Origin: Meiothermus sp.
GTDB lineage: Bacteria > Deinococcota > Deinococci > Deinococcales > Thermaceae
Length of the DNA stretch: 64,000 bases
Assembly (NCBI GenBank): GCA_033762915.1
Contig: JANRLD010000027.1
Span: 26,825 to 90,824 of the forward strand
Reading direction: 5' to 3'
Shown here in pieces: positions 1 to 10,595 of this stretch; position 1 is the first letter of the stretch, and each line of letters begins with the position of its first letter. Below the pieces are notes generated by a model. That model ran no database searches. It was not told the origin of the DNA and saw only the letters and a program-made list of their open reading frames with translations. Made by a program: the position numbers and the translations under genes.

Positions 1-16
1 TAAGGGATACGCCGAA

Positions 17-1015
17 TCAACTCGAGCGCACCTTGCCCCGCTGCCTGGCGCTGCTTAGCACCGAGTCAAAACTGGCCTTGGCCCTGGCCTTCATCTCGGC
101 CACCCTGTCCCAGTCCGGCTGGCGCTTGCCCAGCACCGCCGAGGCCAGCACGGCGGGGTCGCCGGGCATGTCCACACACACCGCCCCGGCGTCGCGACAG
201 AAGCCCGCAACCTTGGGGTCGTAGGCGATACCTGCAAAGGGGGTGCCCGCGCCTGCCGCCAGAATCGCGCCGTGCAGGCGAATCGAAACTACATAACTGG
301 CCTGGGCCAGCAAGTAGACCACCCGGCGCGGGTCCCAGGCGATCTCGCGGGTGAAGCTGCTGAACCGCTCGAGCACCGGCTCGTCGAAGCCGGGCTGCAG
401 GGCCAGGATCACTACCTCGTAGCCGTCGACGCGCAGGCGCTCGGCCAGCTTGAGCAGCCCTGCGTTGGCCTCCTCGGTGCCGTACTTAGGTACCAGCACC
501 ACCATGTTGGGCTCCCGCTCGACCGGGGGGGCTTGCAGCAACAGGGCCGGGTCGGCCCCGTACTTCACGTTCAGTCCGATGCGCCGGCCGTACTCGAGGC
601 TTCCCTCGTCGCGGAAGAAGCACTCCACCCCGCGCAGGGCCTTGTGTACCCGCCGCTCGCCGCCCGCGCTCAGGGGGCCAAGGGACTGGTTAAAGACGTA
701 CACCGGCTTGCCGCGCCTTCGGGCCAGGCCCTGGATGGTCAGGTAGTAGGCCAGGCTCATGCGGCTGGTCTTGTCCTGCAGCAGCCCGCCCCCGCCCAGC
801 AGGAGCAGATCCATCTGGCCCAGCGCCTGCCAGACCTCGAGCGGGGCCATCCGCTTCGCGGCCTCGATGTCGTAGCGCTTGCGGGTCTCGGGGGGATTGG
901 CGGATAGGGCCAAGACCCGGTGACCCCGCGCCTTGACCTCTTGCGCGATGGCCTCGAGGATGGCCTCGTCGCCGGCGTTCTGGAATCCGTAGTATCCGCT
1001 TACCCCAACCACCAT
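17..1015 (-). CDS. csaB: polysaccharide pyruvyl transferase CsaB
   Basis: N-terminal SGYYGFQNAGDEAIL, GGGGLLQD, RLHGAI and IAYDPKV motifs; overlaps the upstream DUF5693 gene. Confidence 0.9.
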   Translation of the reverse strand: MVVGVSGYYGFQNAGDEAILEAIAQEVKARGHRVLALSANPPETRKRYDIEAAKRMAPLEVWQALGQMDLLLLGGGGLLQDKTSRMSLAYYLTIQGLARRRGKPVYVFNQSLGPLSAGGERRVHKALRGVECFFRDEGSLEYGRRIGLNVKYGADPALLLQAPPVEREPNMVVLVPKYGTEEANAGLLKLAERLRVDGYEVVILALQPGFDEPVLERFSSFTREIAWDPRRVVYLLAQASYVVSIRLHGAILAAGAGTPFAGIAYDPKVAGFCRDAGAVCVDMPGDPAVLASAVLGKRQPDWDRVAEMKARAKASFDSVLSSARQRGKVRSS

Positions 1016-2739
1016 TGCCGCACTCTCCGATATGCCCAGACCCCTGCAAAGCCCAAGATAAGCCCGATGACCATCCCGTTCAATACTCTAAAGAACGATA
1101 TCGAGAGGGGGGTGTGATAGTGCGAAAAGGTGTTCATGATTGAGCCGACCCCCACCGCCACCAGCATCAGCAGGGCAATCTGGATCCACTTCGGCCAGGG
1201 CAGCAACAAAGCCAGGGGGGCCAGGGCGTGTCCGAAGATCTCCTTGAAACGGGGCCGCACCATCACGTCCTGCAAGGTCTGGCGCAGTGTGATCTCCCAG
1301 TCGGGCACGATGGCCGGGGAGGCGTCGTTGCCACGCCTCAGCAGCACCAGGGCCAGGATGCCCAGTCCCAGCACTCCCAGCGCCACGTCGCCCAGCCGCA
1401 GGGGGTAGGTGTATAGGCTATTGAACACGCCCTTGAAGTCGCGGGGCAGGAAGGACAGCGCCACCAGCAGCGGCGGCAGAATAAGGGTCAGGGAGACGCC
1501 CCGGAAGGTCTCGAGGGTCAGCAGGGTCTCGGGTCTCGAGCCCAGCGCGGCCAGGAACACCACTCCCAGGAGCGCGTAGAACACCGCCGCCACCCACTTC
1601 CGCATCCCCTTGTGCGGCTCGAGGAAGCCCAGAACCGGGAACGCGATGGCGGCCAGGAGCGGCCCCGCGTCGCCCCGGGCTGCGCCCAGGCAGAACAGCG
1701 CCAGCAGGACGGTCAGGGGAACCCCGATGGGCTGGGGCAGCCCCACCGCCAGCAGCACCAGACCCGCCAGTATCCCGGCCACCGCGGCCCAGCGGAAGGG
1801 GGAGGGCTCGAATTCGCGGGGGGCGGGGGTGCCTACCGGGATGCGGGAGCGCTCGAGGTCGGTTTTGAGCAAGGTTAGGTAGGCGGTGGTGTCCCCGGGG
1901 TCGGGGAAGGGGCGCAGGTACAAAATCTGGTGGCCGCGCTCGCGGGCGGCGAGCAGGAACCGACCGGTGGCCTCGGCGGGGGTCTGCTGTAAGAGCCACT
2001 CGGTTCGCATCGCGAACAGCCGCAGTACCGGTACGTCCCGGGCCAGCCGGGCAAAGCCGCGCTGGGGCGCGCCCTCGATAAGGGTGATGGGTTTGCCGCC
2101 CAGCACGGTCTGGGTGGTCTGGAGGTCGTTGGGGAACCCCAGCACCTCGGCCCCGGAGAACAGCACCGCGTCGGTCTCGGGGGGGAGCTGGAGGGTCTGA
2201 AGCTTGCGGATTCTGGAGTTGAGCGGGCGGGCCACGATGTAGAAACCGGCAGCCTTCAACTCCGAGGCCAGCCGCAGGTCGAACCCGGCAGGTACGCTGC
2301 CGAAGTCGAAGGGTGCTCCGATCCAGGTCTGGGTGCCAACCAGCACGCGCTCGGTGGGAAAGGTCCAGGTTTGGCGGAGGGGCTCCAGGAAGCTCTCCGG
2401 CCCCGTCACGTAGTACCACCCTGGCTTGATCTGGGCGTTGGGGTAGAGCAGCCTCAGTCCAACCCCCGACTGGTAGGTGACCAGCCCCTGATCGAACCAG
2501 CCCCGCAGGGTCTGCTCGTAGAGCCCGATGCCCCCCACCCCCAGGGCCTTGTACTCGTTCATCAGCTCGAGCAGCGTCTTGCCCTGCTCCCGCGCGTCGT
2601 CGGCCAGGCTATCCCCGTCCATCACCAGCACCACCGGACCGGGCCGCTCGACCTGCGCGCGCAGCAGGAGTGCCGGGATGCACAGCAGGGCCGCGACCAG
2701 GATCACCAGCCGCATCGCGTTCGTTAGGTCAAATTTCAT
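1000..2739 (-). CDS. DUF5693-family membrane protein (csaB neighbour)
   Basis: 579 aa, soluble N-half and multi-TM C-half with RPRFKE and NTFSHYHTP motifs; adjacent to csaB. Confidence 0.75.
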   Translation of the reverse strand: MKFDLTNAMRLVILVAALLCIPALLLRAQVERPGPVVLVMDGDSLADDAREQGKTLLELMNEYKALGVGGIGLYEQTLRGWFDQGLVTYQSGVGLRLLYPNAQIKPGWYYVTGPESFLEPLRQTWTFPTERVLVGTQTWIGAPFDFGSVPAGFDLRLASELKAAGFYIVARPLNSRIRKLQTLQLPPETDAVLFSGAEVLGFPNDLQTTQTVLGGKPITLIEGAPQRGFARLARDVPVLRLFAMRTEWLLQQTPAEATGRFLLAARERGHQILYLRPFPDPGDTTAYLTLLKTDLERSRIPVGTPAPREFEPSPFRWAAVAGILAGLVLLAVGLPQPIGVPLTVLLALFCLGAARGDAGPLLAAIAFPVLGFLEPHKGMRKWVAAVFYALLGVVFLAALGSRPETLLTLETFRGVSLTLILPPLLVALSFLPRDFKGVFNSLYTYPLRLGDVALGVLGLGILALVLLRRGNDASPAIVPDWEITLRQTLQDVMVRPRFKEIFGHALAPLALLLPWPKWIQIALLMLVAVGVGSIMNTFSHYHTPLSISFFRVLNGMVIGLILGFAGVWAYRRVRQWWLG

Positions 2740-2821
2740 GCGCCGTCCTCTCGCGGGTAGCCGATAACCTTCAGCCCATCGGCATCGGCTATAGGCTATC
2801 AGCTATCGGCAGAGCGCGCAC

Positions 2822-3655
<834 letters not shown>

Positions 3656-3736
3656 CGACTTCAAACAGAATCATCCCCTATGAGGGTTGCGGCGGATTCG
3701 CTTTTTCAGGGCAGACGGAATGCCCGAAAGGATACC

Positions 3737-4807
3737 TCACTCAATCACCGTATTGGCAAAGTGCCGCGCTGTGCGCCCGGAAAAGCCGCGGCCGTCGAGG
3801 GCAAACTCGAGGGCGGCCTTCCGGGTGTCTTCCTCGAGTTCGCGCTCCAGGATGCTGGCCACTGTCGCCAGGTAGTGACGCTGATCGAAGGGGGGGAAGG
3901 TGAGTACCAGGCCGAAGCGGTCGGCCAGGGCCAGCTTGTCTTGCAGGGTGTCCCAGGCCGCAGGGTCGCCTGAGTCGGGCGCGGGGCGGTCGGCGAAAGA
4001 CTGGACCACCAGGTTGCGGCGGTTGGAGGTGGCCAGAACCAGCACGTTGGCGGGGCGCTCGTAGACCGCTCCTTCGAGCAGGGCCTTGAGCGTGTGGAAG
4101 CGGGGGTCTTCGGCGGCTATGGCGAGGTCGTCGAGGTAGAGCACAAAGCGGTGGGGCAGCGGGCGCAACAGTTCGAGCAACTCCGGGAGGCGCTCGAGGC
4201 CGTCTGAGTGCACCTCTACCAGCCGCAGCCCCTGCTCGGCGTAGGCGGTGCGGAGGGCCTTGACGGCGGTGGACTTGCCGCATCCCCGCGCCCCGTAGAG
4301 CAGGGTCGGGACGCTGGGCTTGCCCTCCAGGAATCGCTCGACGTTGGTGCGCAGCCGCGCGATCTGCCGCTCGTAGCCCACCAGGTCGAAGAAGCGGGCC
4401 GGGTCGGGGTGGGTCACGCCGTGGAGCCGGTCGCCCCAGAGGAAGGCGGTGTGCCGGGTGAAGGGGCCGTAGCCGTGGGCGCGGTAGACCTGGGCCAGCG
4501 ACTCGGGGCTGGCGTAATTCAGGGCACGGAGGGCGGTCTCCTCGGCGGGCGCGGGGGCGCGCGTGCCGAAGTCGGCCAAGCGGTGCTCCTGCTGGAGCTG
4601 GCACAGCTCCTTGCGCAGGCGTTTGAGCTCGATGGCCATCCATTGGCCCAGCCCCGGGGTGAGCCCCTGCCCCAGCAGCCTTCGGGCCAGCGACTGCTCG
4701 GACAGCAGCCGCTGGGCGAACAGCCAGCCCCAGGGCTCCCCTGCGGGCAGGTCGGCGCGGAGGAGTTCCTCCACGGGGTCGGCGTAGGACGACTTAAAGA
4801 GGTGCAT
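3737..4807 (-). CDS. DUF815-family AAA+ ATPase
   Basis: GARGCGKS Walker A, LYLDDL Walker B, ATSNRRNL, C-terminal SGRTA. Confidence 0.88.
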   Translation of the reverse strand: MHLFKSSYADPVEELLRADLPAGEPWGWLFAQRLLSEQSLARRLLGQGLTPGLGQWMAIELKRLRKELCQLQQEHRLADFGTRAPAPAEETALRALNYASPESLAQVYRAHGYGPFTRHTAFLWGDRLHGVTHPDPARFFDLVGYERQIARLRTNVERFLEGKPSVPTLLYGARGCGKSTAVKALRTAYAEQGLRLVEVHSDGLERLPELLELLRPLPHRFVLYLDDLAIAAEDPRFHTLKALLEGAVYERPANVLVLATSNRRNLVVQSFADRPAPDSGDPAAWDTLQDKLALADRFGLVLTFPPFDQRHYLATVASILERELEEDTRKAALEFALDGRGFSGRTARHFANTVIE

Positions 4808-4853
4808 CGGGGCTCATTCTAACCCGTCAGAGGTGACGTGCTAGACTCCTCCC

Positions 4854-5432
4854 ATGCCCGAAGCAGAGGCCGTATTCTTCGAAACCCGCGCCCAGTGGCG
4901 GGCCTGGCTCGAGGCCAACCACGCTCGAGCGGGCGGGGTCTGGCTGGTCTACAACAAGAAGTCCAGCGGCAAACCCCACCTGAGCTATGACGAGCAGGTC
5001 GAGGAGGCCCTGTGCTTCGGCTGGGTGGACTCCAAGCCGGGCAAGGTGGACCAGGAGCGCAGCAGCCTCTATTTCGCCCCGCGCAAGCCCAAGAGCGGCT
5101 GGTCTAAGCCCAATAAGGAGCGCGTCGAGCGGATGGTCTCGGCGGGTCTGATGCGCCCGGCCGGTCTGGCAAAGATCGAGGCCGCCAAACGCGACGGGAG
5201 CTGGGAGAAGCTCGACGCGGTGGAGAACCTCGAGGTCCCCCCCGACCTCGCCGCCGCCTTCAAACAGTTTGAGGGTTCGGCCGCAAACTTCGAGGCCTTT
5301 CCGCGCTCGGCCAGACGGGGGATACTCGAGTGGATCGTCCAAGCCAAGAGACCGCAGACGAGGGCCAAGAGGGTTGAGGAGACAGCCCGGCTGGCGGCGG
5401 AGAACAAGCGGGCCAACCAGTGGCGGCAGTAG
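4854..5432 (+). CDS. YdeI/OmpD-associated family protein
   Basis: EEALCFGWVDS, WSKPNKERV, WIVQAKRPQTRAKR. Confidence 0.88.
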   Translation: MPEAEAVFFETRAQWRAWLEANHARAGGVWLVYNKKSSGKPHLSYDEQVEEALCFGWVDSKPGKVDQERSSLYFAPRKPKSGWSKPNKERVERMVSAGLMRPAGLAKIEAAKRDGSWEKLDAVENLEVPPDLAAAFKQFEGSAANFEAFPRSARRGILEWIVQAKRPQTRAKRVEETARLAAENKRANQWRQ

Positions 5433-5539
5433 GACTGCTCGAGGGTCGGGGCGTCTGGCTTTTGGACCAGAAGGGCTACTACGGCTGAGGGGACAGGGGC
5501 TAAACCCTTCCTAATTCCAGTGTCGTATACTGGTGGGGT

Positions 5540-5628
5540 CATCGGGGGTGCGGGGCGGCAAAATTGGCGCCTCGCTGAGACAAACCCTTAGAACCTGACC
5601 TGGTTAGCACCAGCGTAGGGAGAATGAT
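5540..5628 (+). ncRNA. TPP riboswitch aptamer
   Basis: GGGGTGC...GCTGAGA...ACCCTTAGAACCTGACCTGGTTAGCACCAGCGTAGGGA matches the THI-element consensus; directly upstream of a thiamine-binding protein gene. Confidence 0.93.
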
Positions 5629-5679
5629 GGAGGCGCGAAAGCGCCCTGGGTTCCCCTCCCCGATGATACGGAGGGGATT

Positions 5680-6858
5680 ATGTTTTTAAGGAAGCAGGTA
5701 GTTGATGGCCGGCGACGGGGCAGCTTGAGCGGGGAACAGAACCAACGGGGATGCGAAGGATTGGGGTTGCGGGACAACAGACCCGATTCCCCTCCATCCG
5801 CTGCCGGGCGGCTTCGCAGGAGATTGGCACCGCTGTCCGCGGGTATTCTCGCTCTTGGTGCTTTCCTCGCTCCCCTGTCGGGGTTCTCGGTGGCGCAGAC
5901 GATCACTGTGCTGACGCATGATAGCTTCGCCCTCGACAAAGCCCTGATCGCCAAGTTCGAGGCCGACTCGGGGATCAAGCTCCGCTTCCTTAAGGGCGGG
6001 GACGCGGGCGAGATGCTCAACAAGGCCATCCTCAGCCGGGGTGCGCCGATTGCCGATGTGATCTACGGCTTCGACAACACCATGCTCTCGAGGGCGCTTG
6101 GCGCGGGGATTCTCGAGCCCTATCGCTCCCCCCAACTTTCCAGCCTGCGCCCGGAGACCCGCCTCGACCCCTCAAACCGTGCCCTGCCGGTCGACTACGG
6201 CTACGTCTGCCTTAACTATGACAAGGCATACTTCGCCAGCCGCCCGCTGCCCCGGCAGCTCGCCGACCTAGGAAAGCCCGAGTTCGCTAAGCTGCTGGTC
6301 GTCCCGAACCCGGCCACCAGCTCGCCGGGGCTGGCTTTCATGTTGGCTACCGTCCAGACCCTCGGCGAGGAGCGCTGGCTGGGCTTCTGGGCCGACCTAA
6401 GGCGCGGCGGCGTGCGCGTGGTGGGGGGCTGGAGCGACGCCTACTACACCCACTTCTCGGCCAAGGGCGGCGACCGTCCGCTGGTGGTCTCGTACTGCAC
6501 CAGCCCCGCTGCCGAACTCTTCTACAGCGAGGCCAATCCCAAGCCGGCTGAGCCCCCCACGGCCAACCTCGAGCTGCCGGGGTCGGGCTTCTTCCAGGTC
6601 GAGTTCGTGGGCATCCTGAAAGGCGGCAAGAACTTGCCTGCGGCCCGGCGCTTTGTGGACTGGCTGCTCTCGCCCGCGGCTCAGTCCGACATCCCCACCC
6701 AGATGTGGGTCTACCCCTCGAGGGTTCAAACCGCCCTACCTGAGGTATTCCGCTTCGCCACGACCCCCCGCCAGCCCGCTGCCGTAAGCCCCGAGCGCAT
6801 CGCCGCCAACCGCGACCGCTGGATTCGGGAGTGGACCCGGACGGTGTTGCAGCGATAA
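5680..6858 (+). CDS. thiB: thiamine ABC transporter substrate-binding protein
   Basis: THDSF, PVDYGYVCLNYD, ATSSPGLAF, SYCTSPA; GGAGGGG SD before ATG 5680; TPP riboswitch upstream. Confidence 0.88.
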   Translation: MFLRKQVVDGRRRGSLSGEQNQRGCEGLGLRDNRPDSPPSAAGRLRRRLAPLSAGILALGAFLAPLSGFSVAQTITVLTHDSFALDKALIAKFEADSGIKLRFLKGGDAGEMLNKAILSRGAPIADVIYGFDNTMLSRALGAGILEPYRSPQLSSLRPETRLDPSNRALPVDYGYVCLNYDKAYFASRPLPRQLADLGKPEFAKLLVVPNPATSSPGLAFMLATVQTLGEERWLGFWADLRRGGVRVVGGWSDAYYTHFSAKGGDRPLVVSYCTSPAAELFYSEANPKPAEPPTANLELPGSGFFQVEFVGILKGGKNLPAARRFVDWLLSPAAQSDIPTQMWVYPSRVQTALPEVFRFATTPRQPAAVSPERIAANRDRWIREWTRTVLQR

Positions 6859-6979
6859 GTGTCTCCAGAGTTGGAATGTGAAATGTCGCCCGCAAGCTCT
6901 CGCAGGGAATTGCGCCCCGGGTAGCCGCTCTGCGGCTATGGCGCACGCCACTCCGCCCCGGGTAGCCGCTCCGCCCAGG
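6856..6979. repeat. dispersed intergenic repeat family A, copy 1 (with internal partial duplication)
   Basis: colinear with 8949-9054; core TGCGCCCCGGGTAGCCGCTnTGCGGCTATGGCGCAnGCCACTCC. Confidence 0.8.
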
Positions 6980-7145
6980 CACATTTTTTTGTATCCGAGC
7001 ATTCCACGTCTACTCTGGCGCAACCTGGACGGTGTTTCGCGCTTTGAAGGTTGAGCTGTCGGCCACCGGTTCGCCCCGGTTAGTGCCGGGGTTGTCTGTT
7101 GATTTCACCCCGTCGCCCGCCCCCCCTCGTGGTAGGATTCGCACG

Positions 7146-7862
7146 ATGAACCGCCGGGACGGTCGCTCACCGCTGCAAATGCGCCCCTTAACCATCAAGA
7201 TGGGCTATGTGAATTATGCCGAGGGCTCGGCGCTAGTGGAGCTGGGGAGCACTCGAGTGCTGGTCAACGTGACCCTCACCGACGGGGTGCCGCGCCACGT
7301 CTCGAGCAAGGCCGGCTGGCTGATGGCCGAGTACAACCTCTTGCCGCGCTCCACCAAGGAGCGCAAAGAGCGCGAGCGGCAGAAGCTCTCGGGCCGCACC
7401 GCCGAGATTCAGCGCTTCTTGGGCCGGGCTTTCCGGGCCGCGCTCGACCTCAGCCTGCTGCCCAACAAGACCGTGGTGGTGGACGCCGACGTGCTTCAGG
7501 CCGACGGCGGCACCCGCGTGGCCTCGCTCATCGGTGGCTACGCAGCGCTGCACATGGCGATGGACAAGCTGGTGAACCTTGGGCGCATTGTGGAGTGGCC
7601 GCTGATCGAGTTCGCGGCGGTGAGCGTGGGCTGGCTCGAGGGCGACCACATCGTCGTCGACCTCAACCAGTTCGAGGACGAGGCCGCCTGGGCCGACCTG
7701 ACCGTGGTGGCCACCCAGAAGGGCGACATTATCGAAGTCCACGGCGCGGGCGAGGGCCGCCCGGTGCCGCAGAAAATCTACAAGGATATGCTCGAGGTGG
7801 GGTTGGGCAACGTCCCCAACATCGTTAAGCAGATCCATGGGCAGCTAAAAAACAAGGTCTAG
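7146..7862 (+). CDS. rph: ribonuclease PH
   Basis: AEGSALV, SGRTAEIQR, DVLQADGGTR; upstream of rdgB. Confidence 0.93.
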   Translation: MNRRDGRSPLQMRPLTIKMGYVNYAEGSALVELGSTRVLVNVTLTDGVPRHVSSKAGWLMAEYNLLPRSTKERKERERQKLSGRTAEIQRFLGRAFRAALDLSLLPNKTVVVDADVLQADGGTRVASLIGGYAALHMAMDKLVNLGRIVEWPLIEFAAVSVGWLEGDHIVVDLNQFEDEAAWADLTVVATQKGDIIEVHGAGEGRPVPQKIYKDMLEVGLGNVPNIVKQIHGQLKNKV

Positions 7863-7879
7863 GGCAGTTTTCCCCAGTA

Positions 7880-7932
7880 ATCGGTAGGGCGGTGTTTGCC
7901 CTGCCGAATGCTTCGCCGTTTGCCGCAAAGGT
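7880..7932. repeat. REP-like repeat family B fragment
   Basis: hairpin TCGGTAGGGC-GGTGTTT-GCCCTGCCGA plus GCCGTTTGCCGCAAAGG, shared with 21374, 27152 and 58340. Confidence 0.55.
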
Positions 7933-8180
7933 GGGAGGCGCGACAGGGTACGGGCCATACAAGCAACTCGGGCATTGAGGTGCGCTAGGGCAGATTGCCA
8001 ACCTCTGAACGACGTTTGGCCTGCCCCGGTGCAAGCACGGGCGAAGTTTCCTCCTGGCGCTTCGGGTTGGTTTCCCGAGATACTCAAAAAACCTGGCTCT
8101 CGAGCTTGCTGGTGCCTACACCGCCTCCTGGAAAACCGCTTTTCTTGCCAAATGCCCCCCGCTGGGTACAATACAGGCAG

Positions 8181-8792
8181 ATGAAAGTCTTGATTGCCAC
8201 GTCGAACCCCGGCAAGTACAGGGAGCTGCGCGAGGGGCTCGAGCCGCTGGGATGGACGCTATTCTCGCTGCTGGATTTCTCCTTTAAGATGCCGCCCGAG
8301 AACGGGGCCACTCTCGAGGATAACGCTATTCTCAAGGCCGCTTACGCCGCCCGCAAGAGTGGCCTGACGGCCCTGGCCGACGACTCGGGCCTGATGGTTG
8401 ACGCGCTGGGCGGCGAGCCGGGGGTCTACTCGGCCCGATACGGCGGCAAAGAGACCGACCTCGAACGCAACGTCTTCCTGCTCGAGCGTATGCGCCACCT
8501 TCGGGCGGACCAGCGCGGGGCCAGCTTTAAGGCGGTGTTGGCCCTGGCCCACCCGGACGGCTACATGGAGCTGTACGAGGGCGAGACCAGAGGTACCATC
8601 CTTGAGGCCCCCCGGGGTGATTGGGGCTTCGGCTACGACCCCCTGTTCTGGATCCCTGCGGCGGGCAAGACTTTTGCCGAGATGCAGGTGGGGGAAAAGT
8701 ACCACCACTCCCACCGGGGCAAGGCGCTCACCGCTCTGGTCAAGGCGTACCTTTCGGGCGACGCCCGACGCGAGCAGCCGCAGACAGAGTGA
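8181..8792 (+). CDS. rdgB: RdgB/HAM1 non-canonical purine NTP pyrophosphatase
   Basis: ATSNPGK, ADDSGL, PGVYSARY, GFGYDPLF, SHRGKAL. Confidence 0.95.
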   Translation: MKVLIATSNPGKYRELREGLEPLGWTLFSLLDFSFKMPPENGATLEDNAILKAAYAARKSGLTALADDSGLMVDALGGEPGVYSARYGGKETDLERNVFLLERMRHLRADQRGASFKAVLALAHPDGYMELYEGETRGTILEAPRGDWGFGYDPLFWIPAAGKTFAEMQVGEKYHHSHRGKALTALVKAYLSGDARREQPQTE

Positions 8793-8948
8793 GTGCGCAA
8801 TAACGTGCAGTCCAGGCTCGAGGCCTAACAAAGGCCCGAAGCTGGGCGGTTTTGGTGGCCGGTTATCGGCCCCGTTAACGTCTCGTGCAGAGGGGTAAGT
8901 GCAAGCGCACGGGGGAAACTAGGTGCGCTGCAGTCCTTCGACCCGCCC

Positions 8949-9054
8949 TAAGGGTCTGCATAGTTCAACTGCGAAAGGCCGCCCCCAAACGCCCGTAGGG
9001 GACTGCGCCCCGGGTAGCCGCTGTGCGGCTATGGCGCAAGCCACTCCACCCAGG
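8949..9054. repeat. dispersed intergenic repeat family A, copy 2
   Basis: colinear with 6856-6979. Confidence 0.8.
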
Positions 9055-9102
9055 AACTCAGCTGTTGCCCCCCCGGATCTCGCAGACTCACCCTGGCGCA
9101 AC

Positions 9103-10449
9103 CTAGATCAGCCCACGCTCCCGCGCCGCGCCGCGCAGTTCGTCGCGAAAGTTCGGGTGGGCGATCCGGATGAGGGCCTCTGCGCGTTCGCGGAGGCTCT
9201 TGCCAAAGAGTTCGGCCACGCCGTACTCGGTCACGACATAGTGAACATCGGCCCGCGTGGTGACCACACCGGCGCCGGTCTTGAGCAGGGGGACGATGCG
9301 GGAGAAGGCGCCGTTCTTGCCGCTGGCCGGCAGGGCGATGATGGGCTTGCCGCCCTCGCTGGCGGCGGCCCCACGGATGAAGTCGAGCTGGCCGCCGAAG
9401 CCGGAGTAGATGCGTGTGCCGATGGAGTCGGAGCAGATCTGGCCGGTGAGGTCTAGCTCGAGGCAGGAGTTGATCGCGACCATCTTGTGGTTGCGGGCGA
9501 TGCGGAAGGGGTCGTTGACCCAGTCAGCGGGGCGCATCTCGAAGAGGGGGTTGTTGTCGACAAACCGGTAGAGCCGCTCCGAGCCCAGTACGAAGGTGCC
9601 CACCACCTTACCGGGTAGCTGGCCCTTCTTCTGGCCGGTGATCATCCCGCGCTCGAGGGCCTCCATCACCCCGTCGGAGATCATCTCGGTGTGGACGCCC
9701 AGGTCCTGGCGGCTCTCGAGGTTGGCCAGCACCGCGTCCGGAATGGCCCCAATCCCCATCTGGAGGGTGCTGCCGTCGTCGATCAGGTCGGCCACGTACT
9801 GCCCGATCCTGAACTCGACCTCCGTGGAGGGGTCGCGGCCCAGCACCGGCAGCGGGAAGTCCACGTCGACGAAGGCCGAGAACCTCGAGATGTGCACGAA
9901 GGTATCGCCCAGGGTGCGCGGCATCCGGGGGTTGACCAGGGCGATGACCTGCTTGGCGTTCTCGACTGCGGCCTTGGCGGCGATGATCTCGACGCCCAGA
10001 CTCACGAAGCCGAACTCGTCCGGCGGGGAAACCTGCACCAGGGCATAGTCCAGTGGAAGTACGCCGCGTTTGAACAGCCAGGGAATTTGGTGCAGCGAGA
10101 CCGGCACGTAGTCGGCCCGCCCGCTGTTGACGGCTTCGCGGTCGGCGGGCCCCACGAACAGCGAGCGGCGGCGGAAGTGCCCCTCCATCTCTGGGGCCAG
10201 AAAGGGGTCGGAGCCGAGCTGGAGCACGTGTACCAGCTCGACGTTCTCGAGTTCGTCCTTCCGCGCTGCCAGCGCCTCCAAGAGCGGGGTGGGGGTGGCG
10301 GCGTTGCCGGAGACGTAGACCCTCGAGTTGCTCTGCACCATGGCGGCGGCACCCTCGAGGTCGATCAGTTTGCTAAGGAACAGCCTGCTGGTGTCGCTGC
10401 GGTGCAGTGCCTTGCCGGTGCGGGACTGTGGGTTTAGAACGGTGTCCAT
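9103..10449 (-). CDS. acetyl-CoA hydrolase/transferase (4-hydroxybutyrate CoA-transferase-like)
   Basis: LQMGIGAIP, GVHTEM, SGFGGQLDF, VTEYGVAEL, IAHPNFR. Confidence 0.9.
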   Translation of the reverse strand: MDTVLNPQSRTGKALHRSDTSRLFLSKLIDLEGAAAMVQSNSRVYVSGNAATPTPLLEALAARKDELENVELVHVLQLGSDPFLAPEMEGHFRRRSLFVGPADREAVNSGRADYVPVSLHQIPWLFKRGVLPLDYALVQVSPPDEFGFVSLGVEIIAAKAAVENAKQVIALVNPRMPRTLGDTFVHISRFSAFVDVDFPLPVLGRDPSTEVEFRIGQYVADLIDDGSTLQMGIGAIPDAVLANLESRQDLGVHTEMISDGVMEALERGMITGQKKGQLPGKVVGTFVLGSERLYRFVDNNPLFEMRPADWVNDPFRIARNHKMVAINSCLELDLTGQICSDSIGTRIYSGFGGQLDFIRGAAASEGGKPIIALPASGKNGAFSRIVPLLKTGAGVVTTRADVHYVVTEYGVAELFGKSLRERAEALIRIAHPNFRDELRGAARERGLI

Positions 10450-10595
10450 GGGTACACGCTACACCCGGGAGGTGGGGGCAGTTGACCCGGTGATTGGGAA
10501 GGGGGAGGCCAGAGGGCCAGGGTTGAAGGTGAGTGTGAGCCCTCTCTGCTTCTCCTCACAGAAAATTTGACCGTCTCGAGGCATCCTTATACCAG

